Source: an uncultured Clostridia bacterium
GTDB lineage: Bacteria; Bacillota; Clostridia; TANB77; CAG-508
Length of the DNA: 37,026 nt
Direction: 5' to 3'
NCBI GenBank assembly: GCA_947625925.1
Contig: CANQQC010000003.1
Location: 1 to 37,026 of the forward strand
This document shows positions 1-8,980 of the stretch, in pieces. The first letter of the stretch is position 1; the number at the start of each line of letters is the position of its first letter. The notes under the pieces were generated by a model. The model saw nothing but the letters and a program-made list of their open reading frames with translations, was not told the origin of the DNA and made no database searches. A program made the translations under genes and the position numbers.

Positions 1-9
1 AGTTGTCAT
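1..9 (-). CDS. Start of a divergent gene running off the window (M-T-T...)
   Basis: CAT at 7-9 with CCTCCT (AGGAGG on the - strand) at 19-24. Confidence 0.6.
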
Positions 10-124
10 TAAAATAAACCTCCTTTAATATATATAAAATGTATTTTTGTATAAAAAGTTCTTAGTATAATATATAATAATTTAACATAAAAAGTTAATA
101 CTACATTATAAATAAGAAGGAAAA

Positions 125-131
125 TGTCGAA
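125..131 (+). promoter_or_regulatory. Candidate Spo0A box (TGTCGAA)
   Basis: Exact match to TGNCGAA in the divergent intergenic region; the organism carries a SASP gene. Confidence 0.45.
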
Positions 132-169
132 AAATGCGATAAAAAAATCGATAAACATTTAGAAAATAC

Positions 170-198
170 TGGACTTCACACAAAAAGTGTGTTATAAT
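170..198 (+). promoter_or_regulatory. SigA-type promoter for the cupin gene
   Basis: TGGACT-17 bp-TATAAT with extended TG at 190-191; CACAC-N5-GTGTG palindrome at 177-191 in the spacer. Confidence 0.6.
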
Positions 199-223
199 AT
201 ATAATTAGTAAGGAGTAAACATA

Positions 224-601
224 ATGAGAAATAAAAAAATTGAAATTGAATATATGCCAAATGGTGAAACTAGAGGAAGACTAAAAATTAGCAATAGACT
301 AGTTTTTAGTTATACGTCGACTCAAAATGAACACGGTTGGCAAAATGCTCATTATCACAAACATGCTAAAGAAACATATTTTATTTTAAGAGGAAAAATT
401 ATTATAGTAGTTAAAGAAGATGGTAAATTTAAATATAAAGAATTGCAACCAGGAAATAGAATGACTATTCCAAAGAAAATTGAACATAATGTTTATGTTG
501 GAAAAAATACACTTTTTTATGTGTCTAAGAAAAGTAAAAAAGATTTAGAAAATGATTGGTTTAGTGCAGATAAATTAGATGTTTTTACTAAGGAATGTTA
601 A
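224..601 (+). CDS. Cupin-domain protein
   Basis: Cupin metal-binding motifs HYHKHAKETYFILRG and PGNRMTIPKKIEHNV; RBS AAGGAG. Confidence 0.8.
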   Translation: MRNKKIEIEYMPNGETRGRLKISNRLVFSYTSTQNEHGWQNAHYHKHAKETYFILRGKIIIVVKEDGKFKYKELQPGNRMTIPKKIEHNVYVGKNTLFYVSKKSKKDLENDWFSADKLDVFTKEC

Positions 602-619
602 AAAGAAAAAATTTTGACG

Positions 620-658
620 AAGCATTTAAATATTGAGATATATTTGAATGCTTTTTTT
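620..658 (+). terminator. Intrinsic terminator after the cupin gene
   Basis: AAGCATTTAAATA...TATTTGAATGCTT stem followed by a T run. Confidence 0.75.
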
Positions 659-671
659 AAGTTAAAATATC

Positions 672-700
672 TTGACAAGCCTAAAAATCTATGTTAAAAT
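672..700 (+). promoter_or_regulatory. SigA promoter of rplU-rpmA
   Basis: TTGACA-17 bp-TAAAAT with extended TG at 692-693. Confidence 0.85.
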
Positions 701-710
701 AGATAACTGT

Positions 711-803
711 AATCCGCTTAGTCAAGGTTTATAGCCAAATTTATGGACTATTAAAATATGAATAGTTATTTTATTCATTACCTGTATCAAAGGATTAGCG
801 AGT
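711..803 (+). ncRNA. Ribosomal protein L21 leader (cis-regulatory RNA)
   Basis: CGCTTAGTC(715-723) pairs with GATTAGCG(793-800), AGGT pairs with ACCT(780-783), ends in GCGAGT; lies between the promoter and the rplU RBS as in Firmicutes L21 leaders. Confidence 0.7.
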
Positions 804-829
804 ATACATATAAGGGAGGTGCATTTTAA

Positions 830-1378
830 ATGTACGCAATAATTGAAAGCTGTGGAAGACAATACAAAGTAGAAAAAGGAGATGTTGTATTTTTTGAAAA
901 ACTAAATGCAGAGGAAGGTAAGAAAGTAACATTTAAAGATGTTGTTTTAGTATCTGACGATGGAAAAGTACAAGTAGGAAATCCTTATGTAAAAGGAGTA
1001 AAAGTTGAAGGTAAAGTAGTAGGACATGGTAAAGGTAAAAAGATAATTGTTTTCAAAATGAAACCTAAAAAGAATTATAGAAGAAAACAAGGTCATAGAC
1101 AACCATATACAAAAGTTGAAATAACAGCTATTGTATCAGGAACTACAAATAAAAAAGAAGAAGCAACAGCTACTAAAGCTGAATCTACAACAAAAGAAAC
1201 TCCAAAAAAATCTACAACAAAAGCAGCAACAGCAAAGAAGACAACTACAACAAAAACAACAGCTGCAAAAAAAACAACAACAGCAAAGAAAACAACTACA
1301 ACAAAAGCAGCAACTACAAAAAAGACAACAACAGCTAAAAAATCAACAGCTAAAACAGCTGCAAAAAAAGAAGCATAA
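830..1378 (+). CDS. rplU: 50S ribosomal protein L21 with a ~80 aa Lys/Thr/Ala-rich C-terminal extension
   Basis: [14 protein letters not shown]...[20 protein letters not shown]21 signature; RBS GGGAGG. Confidence 0.97.
   Translation: MYAIIESCGRQYKVEKGDVVFFEKLNAEEGKKVTFKDVVLVSDDGKVQVGNPYVKGVKVEGKVVGHGKGKKIIVFKMKPKKNYRRKQGHRQPYTKVEITAIVSGTTNKKEEATATKAESTTKETPKKSTTKAATAKKTTTTKTTAAKKTTTAKKTTTTKAATTKKTTTAKKSTAKTAAKKEA
1229..1345 (+). repeat. Imperfect 51-bp (17 aa) tandem repeat in the L21 tail
   Basis: ACAGC(A/T)AA starts at 1229, 1280 and 1331; [17 protein letters not shown] / [17 protein letters not shown] / TAKKS. Confidence 0.8.
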
Positions 1379-1421
1379 TAATTTTGAGATAAAAAATTAA
1401 AACTGAAGGGAGTGAATATTC

Positions 1422-1685
1422 ATGGCACATAAAAAAGGACAAGGTAACGTTAAGAACGGTAGAGACAGTGAGTCTAAACGTCTTGGTGTTAAAAGGGCTG
1501 ATGGACAATTCGTACTTGCAGGAAATATTTTAATGAGACAAAGAGGAACAAAAATCCATCCAGGTAAAAATGTTGGAAAAGGTAGCGATGATACACTATA
1601 TGCTTTAATAGATGGAACAGTTAAATTTGAAAGAAAAGGTAGAGACAAAAAACAAGTAAGTGTATATCCAGAAGTAAAAGCCTAA
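1422..1685 (+). CDS. rpmA: 50S ribosomal protein L27 (no N-terminal pro-sequence)
   Basis: [20 protein letters not shown]...[10 protein letters not shown]. Confidence 0.98.
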   Translation: MAHKKGQGNVKNGRDSESKRLGVKRADGQFVLAGNILMRQRGTKIHPGKNVGKGSDDTLYALIDGTVKFERKGRDKKQVSVYPEVKA

Positions 1686-1703
1686 AATTAAAGATAATAA
1701 AAG

Positions 1704-1740
1704 ATGAATGCTATTTTGTTAATATAGCATTTATTTTTTT
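1704..1740 (+). terminator. Intrinsic terminator after rpmA
   Basis: ATGAATGCTAT...ATAGCATTTAT stem plus T run. Confidence 0.75.
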
Positions 1741-1806
1741 GTAAAAAGTAGAAAGACAAAACCTTATAACTTAGAGTTTATCTTGGTTTAAAAGCATATA
1801 AATTTC

Positions 1807-1835
1807 TTGACAAATATAATAAAAACATATAGAAT
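1807..1835 (+). promoter_or_regulatory. SigA promoter of the first glycosyltransferase unit
   Basis: TTGACA-17 bp-TAGAAT. Confidence 0.75.
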
Positions 1836-1869
1836 AAATCATGAAAAAATGGGAGAAAAATAGTAAAAT

Positions 1870-2856
1870 ATGAAAGATAAAATTGATATATTGATAGCAA
1901 CATATAATACACATATACCATATTTAAAAGATCAGTTAGATAGTATAATAAATCAGACATATAAAAATATAAAAATTTTAATAAGTGATGATAATTCTAC
2001 TAAAAAAGAAGTTGTAGAACTTTTAAAGGAATATAAGAAAAAAGACAAAAGAATTGAACTTTTTTTACAAGAAAAAAATATTGGATTTGTTAAAAACTTT
2101 GAATTCTTATTAAAAAAGTCAAAATCACCTTATATAATGTTTAGTGATCATGATGATATATGGTATCCAAATAAAGTAGAAAAGAGTATAAAAAAGCTTA
2201 AAGAAGAAAATTTGGATATGGTATATTGTAATGCAAACCAGATTGATAAAAATGGAAAAATAATTAGAGAAGATTATTTTAAATATAAAAATGTACCTTT
2301 AATAAAAGGAAAAAATAATTGTTTAGCCATTTCAAGATGTATTGGAATTGCGTGTTCACAAATTATTACTCAAAGTGTGAAAAATAAAATGTTACCATTT
2401 ACAAAAGAAGTAATGGCTCATGATTGGCTTGCAGCTTTTATTGCAAATGAAGGAAAAGGAATTGATTATATACAAGAGCCTTTATTTGGGTATAGAATTC
2501 ATAATACAAATGTATTTGGAGGAAGAAGTCTTACACAAAATCTAGAAAAATGGAAAAAAGAAAATGGAAAAACAGTTAAAAGTTATCAAAAGTATAGAAA
2601 TGAAAAAGTAATAGATAAAGCATATTTAGATGGAGCTAAAATGTGTATTCAATATGCTGAAGTTGAAGAAGATAAAAGATATTTAAAAAATTTAATAAAA
2701 TATTATAATGATTTAAAGAAAACTAAATTTATAAATTTAAAATTAGGTAAATATATTTATTTTCTTTCAGGAAAAAATCTTTTAAAAAAAGAAATTAAAG
2801 AAATAGTGATTTTTCATTTTCCAATTATTGGATATTTAAGATTTATATTAAAATAA
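1870..2856 (+). CDS. GT2 glycosyltransferase, RgpB-like putative rhamnosyltransferase
   Basis: ILIATYN, ISDDNS, FSDHDDIW, MAHDW and YRIHNTNVFG motifs. Confidence 0.85.
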   Translation: MKDKIDILIATYNTHIPYLKDQLDSIINQTYKNIKILISDDNSTKKEVVELLKEYKKKDKRIELFLQEKNIGFVKNFEFLLKKSKSPYIMFSDHDDIWYPNKVEKSIKKLKEENLDMVYCNANQIDKNGKIIREDYFKYKNVPLIKGKNNCLAISRCIGIACSQIITQSVKNKMLPFTKEVMAHDWLAAFIANEGKGIDYIQEPLFGYRIHNTNVFGGRSLTQNLEKWKKENGKTVKSYQKYRNEKVIDKAYLDGAKMCIQYAEVEEDKRYLKNLIKYYNDLKKTKFINLKLGKYIYFLSGKNLLKKEIKEIVIFHFPIIGYLRFILK

Positions 2857-2876
2857 AAGGACAATAAGGAGAAGAT

Positions 2877-3872
2877 ATGAAAAATAAAACAATAGATATA
2901 CTAATGGCAACATATAATGGTGAAAAATATGTTGCTGAGCAAATAGAAAGTATTCTAAATCAAACATATAAAAATATAAGACTTGTTATATCAGATGATT
3001 GTTCTACAGATGGAACAAGAGATGTTTTAAAAAAATACGAAAAAAATGAAAGAGTAGAAATTCATTTACAGGAGAAAAACTTAGGCTATATAAGAAATTT
3101 TGAGTATTTATTAAAACAAGTAAAAAATGAGTTATATATGTTATCTGACCAAGATGATTTTTGGTTAGAAGAAAAAGTAGAAAAAACGGTAGAAGTTCTT
3201 GAAAAAGAAAATGCTGATATGGTATTTGGAGATTTAGAAATAGTAGATGAAAATTTAAAAACAATATATCCATCTTTTGGAGACTTTATGTTGTTAAATA
3301 GAAAAATAAAGAAAAAAATAAATAGTTATGAATTGAACTATCTATATAATTGTGTAACAGGATGTACTTTATTATCAAAAAAGAAATACCTAGATAAGAT
3401 ACTACCTATTCCATATGAATCAAAATATGTAGTACATGACCATTGGATAGCACTAATGGTATCAGTTTTAAATGGAAAAATGGTATATATACCTGAAAAA
3501 TATATAAAATATAGACAGCATGGTAATAATCAAATTGGAACAGATAAAATATCACATAAATTTACAAAGTTAAAACAGGTAAGGAAACTGTTTATTGAAG
3601 TAAAATTAGGTGTGTTTGGTACATATGTAAAAAACAATAATAGATTTCCGAAGGAAATACAAGAATTAAATAAAAAAGCATATGAATACTATAAAATGCT
3701 AGAAAAAAAGAAATATTTTAATTTTAAAGGTTGGGGAATTTTTCATAAACTATATAAAAATGAAACAATTGTATATTATATGGAGAATTTTTGTATAATG
3801 AATTTACCATTTATAGGAAATGTTTTATTTAAAATAAGACATATGATTTTAAAACTTTTGGGGAAAAGATAA
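2877..3872 (+). CDS. GT2 glycosyltransferase, RgpB-like putative rhamnosyltransferase (paralog of the previous gene)
   Basis: ILMATYNGEKY, SDDCSTD, LSDQDDFW, VTGCT, HDHW and YRQHGNNQIG motifs. Confidence 0.9.
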   Translation: MKNKTIDILMATYNGEKYVAEQIESILNQTYKNIRLVISDDCSTDGTRDVLKKYEKNERVEIHLQEKNLGYIRNFEYLLKQVKNELYMLSDQDDFWLEEKVEKTVEVLEKENADMVFGDLEIVDENLKTIYPSFGDFMLLNRKIKKKINSYELNYLYNCVTGCTLLSKKKYLDKILPIPYESKYVVHDHWIALMVSVLNGKMVYIPEKYIKYRQHGNNQIGTDKISHKFTKLKQVRKLFIEVKLGVFGTYVKNNNRFPKEIQELNKKAYEYYKMLEKKKYFNFKGWGIFHKLYKNETIVYYMENFCIMNLPFIGNVLFKIRHMILKLLGKR

Positions 3873-3890
3873 AAAAGGAAGGATTAGTCA

Positions 3891-5783
3891 ATGAGAATAC
3901 GAGACAAAATATTTGAAGAAGGTTCGAAACCTAGAGAGGTTTTAAGAAAAATTAATAATCTTGTTCATTGTATAACACTAACAAATATAAAAAAATTATT
4001 AAAAGCAATAAAAGCACAAGGAATAAGACAGACATTTCAAAATATAAGAAATGGTGTAAATGAAGGTAGATTAGTTCATGGGAAGATACTATCTAATTAT
4101 GAAATGTGGATTCAAGCAAATGAACCAAATGAGGAAGAATTAGAAAAACAAAGAAATAAAAAATTTAAATATGAACCTAAAATAAGTCTATTAGTCCCTT
4201 TGTATAAAACGCCTAGAAACTTTTTTGAAGAACTTGTTGAATGTTTAGAAAAGCAAACATACAATAATTGGGAATTATGCTTGGCGGATGGAAGTCCAAA
4301 AGATAATGAAGGATTAAAAGATATAATTAAAAGAGATAAAAGAATAAAATATAAAGCATTAAAGGAGAATGGTGGAATATCAAAAAATACAAATGAATGT
4401 ATAAAAATGGCTACAGGTGATTTTATTGCATTATTTGATCATGATGATTTATTACCAGTATTTGCTTTATATGAGGTGGTAAAAGCAATAAATGAAAATC
4501 CAGAAGTTGAATTTATATATTCTGATGAAGATAAAATTACAACACTTGATAAACCAAGATTTGAACCACACTTTAAACCAGATTTTTCTTTAGATTTTTT
4601 AAGAGCCAATAACTATATTTGTCATTTTAGTGTGTTTAAAAAAGAACTAATGGAAAAACTTAAAGGTGAGAGAAGTAAGTATGATGGAGCACAAGATTTT
4701 GATATAATATTAAGAATGTCAGAGCAAACAAAAAATATCATACATATTCCAAAAGTTTTATATCATTGGAGAGTACATGAAAATTCAACAGCAAAAGTTG
4801 GAGATGCAAAACCATATGCGTTTGAAGCGGGAATACCAGCTATCCAAGATCATTTAAAAAGAGTTGGTCTTAAAGGTGAAGTTGAACATGGAGCAACTTT
4901 AGGAACTTATAGAATTAGATATGATGTTATTGGAAATCCGAAAGTATCTATAATGATTCCAAATAAAGATGGAATTGAAGATTTAAAAGTGTGTGTTAAT
5001 TCAATTTTAAATTTAACAACATATAATAATTATGAAATTGATATTATAGAAAATAATAGTGAAAAAGAAGAAACTTTTGAATATTATAAAGAAATAGAAA
5101 AAAATAAGAGAATAAAAATATTAAAATATCCATATAAAGGATTTAATTATTCAAAAATCATGAATTTTGGAGCGAAGAATGTTGATGGAGATTTTGTTAT
5201 TCAATTAAACAATGATACTGAACTATTAACACCTAATTGGTTAGAGGATATGATAGGTTTTGCTCAAAGAGAAGATGTTGGAGCAGTTGGAGTAAAGATG
5301 TATTATCCAGATAATACAATTCAACATGCAGGTTTAGCAGTAGGTGTAAATACAGTAGCTGCACATCTATTTAAAGGAATTCCTAAAGGACAACATGGAT
5401 ATTTTGCAAGAGAAAGTACAATACAAGATTTAAGTGCAGTTACAGCTGCATGTATAATGACAAGAAGAGAAATGTATGAACAAGTAGGATATATGGATGA
5501 AAAATTTGCTGTAGCATTTAATGATGTTGATTTCTGCTTAAAGATAAGAGAACAAGGCAAACTAATTGTTTATGATCCATTCGTAGAGTTTACACACTAT
5601 GAATCAAAAACAAGGGGAGAAGAAAATACAGCTGAAAAAATAGAAAGGTTTGAAGGGGAAATAAAACGTTTCTTAAAAAAATGGAAAAGTTTCTTAGAAA
5701 AAGGAGATCCATATTTTAATATCAATTTTGATTTGGAATCTGATAAATGCGAAGTAAATAAAGGAAGAGTAAAAAAACAATAA
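3891..5783 (+). CDS. Bifunctional double-GT2 glycosyltransferase
   Basis: Two GT-A domains: ISLLVPLY...LFDHDD...YSDEDK...GAQDFD and VSIMIPNKD...QLNNDTE...AVTAAC...FNDVDFCL. Confidence 0.9.
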   Translation: MRIRDKIFEEGSKPREVLRKINNLVHCITLTNIKKLLKAIKAQGIRQTFQNIRNGVNEGRLVHGKILSNYEMWIQANEPNEEELEKQRNKKFKYEPKISLLVPLYKTPRNFFEELVECLEKQTYNNWELCLADGSPKDNEGLKDIIKRDKRIKYKALKENGGISKNTNECIKMATGDFIALFDHDDLLPVFALYEVVKAINENPEVEFIYSDEDKITTLDKPRFEPHFKPDFSLDFLRANNYICHFSVFKKELMEKLKGERSKYDGAQDFDIILRMSEQTKNIIHIPKVLYHWRVHENSTAKVGDAKPYAFEAGIPAIQDHLKRVGLKGEVEHGATLGTYRIRYDVIGNPKVSIMIPNKDGIEDLKVCVNSILNLTTYNNYEIDIIENNSEKEETFEYYKEIEKNKRIKILKYPYKGFNYSKIMNFGAKNVDGDFVIQLNNDTELLTPNWLEDMIGFAQREDVGAVGVKMYYPDNTIQHAGLAVGVNTVAAHLFKGIPKGQHGYFARESTIQDLSAVTAACIMTRREMYEQVGYMDEKFAVAFNDVDFCLKIREQGKLIVYDPFVEFTHYESKTRGEENTAEKIERFEGEIKRFLKKWKSFLEKGDPYFNINFDLESDKCEVNKGRVKKQ

Positions 5784-5795
5784 ATTTAAACAAAG

Positions 5796-5830
5796 AAAGA
5801 ATTCGATTTATAAAAATCGAATTCTTTATA
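5796..5830 (+). terminator. Intrinsic terminator (perfect 14-bp inverted repeat)
   Basis: AAAGAATTCGATTT-ATAA-AAATCGAATTCTTT. Confidence 0.8.
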
Positions 5831-5911
5831 TTTACATAAAAGCTATTATAATTTTTTGCAAAAATATAATATTTAATATATTTTTGCGAATAAATAAATA
5901 CATAGAAAATA

Positions 5912-5940
5912 TTGTATAATTAAAGTTTATATGATATATT
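5912..5940 (+). promoter_or_regulatory. Possible SigA promoter for the second glycan unit
   Basis: TTGTAT-17 bp-TATATT with extended TG; weak evidence because the region is very AT-rich. Confidence 0.35.
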
Positions 5941-6004
5941 ATTGATACAATAAAGGGAATTATGGATATTTGTGATTTAAAAATAGATTTTAGGGGGATT
6001 AAAT

Positions 6005-6955
6005 GTGGAAAAAGTAGCAGTTTTAATACCATGTTACAATGAAGAGATTACAATAAAAAAAGTTATAAATGATTTTAAAAGCGAATTACCAGATGCAGAT
6101 ATTTATGTATATGATAATAATTCTAAAGATAAAACAGCTCAGATAGCACAAGAAAACGGTGCTATAGTTAGACATGAATATAGGCAAGGAAAGGGAAATG
6201 TTGTAAGAAGCATGTTTAGAAATATTGATGCTGATATTTATGTTATGGTAGATGGAGATGATACTTATCCAGCAGATCAAGTTCAAAAATTGATTGAACC
6301 AATAAGAAAAGGACAAGCAGATATGGTTATTGGTGATAGATTAACAAACGGAACTTATAAAAATGAAAATAAAAGACAATTTCACGAATTTGGAAATAAT
6401 ATAGTAAAAAATTCAATAAATAAACTTTTTAAAACAAATTTAAAAGACATATTAACAGGATATCGTGCTTTTAATAAACTTTTTGTAAAAACGATGCCTG
6501 TATTAAGCCCGAAATTTGAAATCGAAACTGAAATGACATTACATGCATTAGATAAGAACTTTATAATAAAAGAAGTTCCAATAGTCTTTAGAGATAGACC
6601 TGAAGGAAGTGAATCAAAATTAAATACTATTGGAGATGGAATTAAAGTTATAAAAACAATAGTAAAAATGTATAAAGATTTTAAGCCAAGACAATTCTTT
6701 TGGTTAATTGCATTGGCTATAGCAATTATTGGATTCTTAATAGGATTACCAGTAATCTTAGAATTTATAAAATATGGAGTTGTAAGCAAGTTAGCTTCCG
6801 CAATACTTTCAACAGGTGTAATGATATTTGCAATAATTATAGCTCAATGTGGTATCATTTTAGATACTGTGGTAAAACAAAATCATGAAAAATATGAGTT
6901 GGAAATATTAAGGTTTGTGCAAATTGAAGAGATGAAAAACAATAAAAAAGGATAA
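6005..6955 (+). CDS. GT2 polyprenol-phosphate sugar synthase (DPM1-like) with two C-terminal TM helices
   Basis: LIPCYNEE, VYDNNSKD, VDGDDTY, DILTGYRAF and FEIETE motifs; GTG start after GGGGG RBS. Confidence 0.88.
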   Translation: MEKVAVLIPCYNEEITIKKVINDFKSELPDADIYVYDNNSKDKTAQIAQENGAIVRHEYRQGKGNVVRSMFRNIDADIYVMVDGDDTYPADQVQKLIEPIRKGQADMVIGDRLTNGTYKNENKRQFHEFGNNIVKNSINKLFKTNLKDILTGYRAFNKLFVKTMPVLSPKFEIETEMTLHALDKNFIIKEVPIVFRDRPEGSESKLNTIGDGIKVIKTIVKMYKDFKPRQFFWLIALAIAIIGFLIGLPVILEFIKYGVVSKLASAILSTGVMIFAIIIAQCGIILDTVVKQNHEKYELEILRFVQIEEMKNNKKG

Positions 6956-6960
6956 GAAAT

Positions 6961-8964
6961 ATGAAAGAATTACTAATAAATAATATTGAGATAATCAAAT
7001 ACGGTATATTTTATGGAATAATTATTTTAACTTTTTCTCTTATATATTTTTTAAAAAAAGATTGGTTTGAAAAAATATATAAGCATAGATATAAGGTAGG
7101 AATAATTATTCTTCTAATTAGTGTTTTATTAGAAATAAGTGGTTCATCAATTGGATGTTGGAATCAAATATTAGGTGGAGAAGATGGGGTTATTTTAGGA
7201 AAATCAAGAAGCATTAGAGGTGATGAATGGGGAACATTTACGCCAATGACATTTTCTCAAAAGTATAATAAAACAGGAGAATTTAAATATTTTAGTGATA
7301 CTATAAGAGCAGATAAAACAGATACATTTATCGTATATGGACAACCAGTTTGGAATATTGCAATGATTTATAGATTTTTTCAAATTGGATTCCTTTTATT
7401 TGGATTAGGAAAAGGTCTAGCGTTTTTCTGGGCTGGAAGATATATATTTTTGTTCTTAGTATCATTTGATATGTTACAAATTATTACTAAAAATAAAAGA
7501 GGATTATCATTTATAGGAGCTATTTTAATTACTTTTTCACCAATAATAAATTGGTGGTTTGCTATCAATGGTCTTGCAGAAATGCTAATATTTGGTCAAT
7601 TGTCAGTTATCTTGTTAGATAAGTACATGAAAGAAAAAAGTTATAAAAAAAGATGGATTTATCTAACAGGAATAGCAATATCAGCAGGAACATATTTATT
7701 AACATTTTATCCAGCATGGCAAGTACCATTGATTTATGTTGTGTTAGCATTAGCTTTATGGAGAATAATTGAAAACTGGAAAGAATGTAAAATTGAGAAA
7801 AAAGATGTTATTTCAATAATAACAGTATTAGTATTATTTATAATTTCAATAGTATATATTTTCTCAAAATCATTAGATACTGTAAAGGCAGTATTAGGAA
7901 CAGCATATCCTGGAGCAAGATGTGAAACTGGAGGAGGAATGGGACATAGATTCTTTTCATATCCAATGGGATTATTATTTGGAATTAAAGAGTCAGGATT
8001 ATCTAGTAATGTATGTGAAGAATCACTTTATTATGATTTCTTTCCAATAGGGCTTATATTAACAGCAATAGTATTTTTTAAATATAAAATAAAAGATAAA
8101 TTGTTAATTATATTAACTGTAATAATAGCATTTTTAGGTGCTTGGTGTACTTATGGATTCCCAGAAATAATTGCAAAAATAACATTACTAAGTAATTCAC
8201 AAGCATCAAGAACATTTATTGCAACAGGTATTATAAATATCTTTATGTTAATAAGAGCAATATCTTTGTTAAAAGAACCAAGAAAAGTATGGGTTTCAGT
8301 TTTAATTTCTTTAGCTGTAACAATGATAACAATTTATATACAAAGAAAAATTTATCCAAATTATATGACTAACAAAATAACGTTAGTTATAGCTTCACTA
8401 ACTTTGATAATGACATATTTAATATTAAGGTATCAAACGAAATTAGGAAGAATACTTTCAATAATAACAATAACAACAGTTATGTGCATTGCAGGAGGAA
8501 TAGTAAATCCAATTAGAAGAGGAGTTACAAGTTTATATAATTTACCTATTGTTCAAGAAATAAAAAAAGTTAATGACCAAGAAGAGGGAAAATGGATTGT
8601 AGAAGAAATAGGTTATCCAGTAATAAATTTACCTATGATAGTTGGAGCATCAACAATAAATACTACAAATGTTTATCCAGATTTAGAAAGATGGTATAAG
8701 TTAGATGAAAATAGACAATATGAAGATATATATAATAGATATGCACATATTACTACATCAATACACAAAGATGTAAATGAAGATAAATTTGAATTATTGA
8801 ATCCTGATGTAATAAAGGTAAATTTAACAATTGAAGATTTGAAAAATTTAGAAGTAAAATATATTTTAACATCAAGAGATTTAGAACAACTAAATACAGA
8901 TCAAGTGAAATTTGAATTAAAAGCTAACAATGTTTTTAAAATATATGAAATTAAATTTGAGTAA
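6961..8964 (+). CDS. Polytopic membrane protein, putative GT-C glycosyltransferase
   Basis: Many hydrophobic helices; first external loop has RSIRGDEW; FYPAWQVP and YNRYAH motifs; follows a polyprenol-P-sugar synthase. Confidence 0.6.
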   Translation: MKELLINNIEIIKYGIFYGIIILTFSLIYFLKKDWFEKIYKHRYKVGIIILLISVLLEISGSSIGCWNQILGGEDGVILGKSRSIRGDEWGTFTPMTFSQKYNKTGEFKYFSDTIRADKTDTFIVYGQPVWNIAMIYRFFQIGFLLFGLGKGLAFFWAGRYIFLFLVSFDMLQIITKNKRGLSFIGAILITFSPIINWWFAINGLAEMLIFGQLSVILLDKYMKEKSYKKRWIYLTGIAISAGTYLLTFYPAWQVPLIYVVLALALWRIIENWKECKIEKKDVISIITVLVLFIISIVYIFSKSLDTVKAVLGTAYPGARCETGGGMGHRFFSYPMGLLFGIKESGLSSNVCEESLYYDFFPIGLILTAIVFFKYKIKDKLLIILTVIIAFLGAWCTYGFPEIIAKITLLSNSQASRTFIATGIINIFMLIRAISLLKEPRKVWVSVLISLAVTMITIYIQRKIYPNYMTNKITLVIASLTLIMTYLILRYQTKLGRILSIITITTVMCIAGGIVNPIRRGVTSLYNLPIVQEIKKVNDQEEGKWIVEEIGYPVINLPMIVGASTINTTNVYPDLERWYKLDENRQYEDIYNRYAHITTSIHKDVNEDKFELLNPDVIKVNLTIEDLKNLEVKYILTSRDLEQLNTDQVKFELKANNVFKIYEIKFE

Positions 8965-8980
8965 AGGAAAATATTTTGGA

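Noticed and set aside
1136-1378. Thr-rich L21 tail as substrate of the neighbouring GT-C enzymes or CotH kinase
   Set aside because: L21 is cytoplasmic, whereas those enzymes are predicted to act outside the membrane; adjacency alone is not evidence.
1131-1400. Gln/Leu/Lys-rich 89 aa ORF overlapping rplU
   Set aside because: Alternate-frame reading of the ACA/GCA/AAA repeats of the L21 tail; no RBS, no similarity to Prp.
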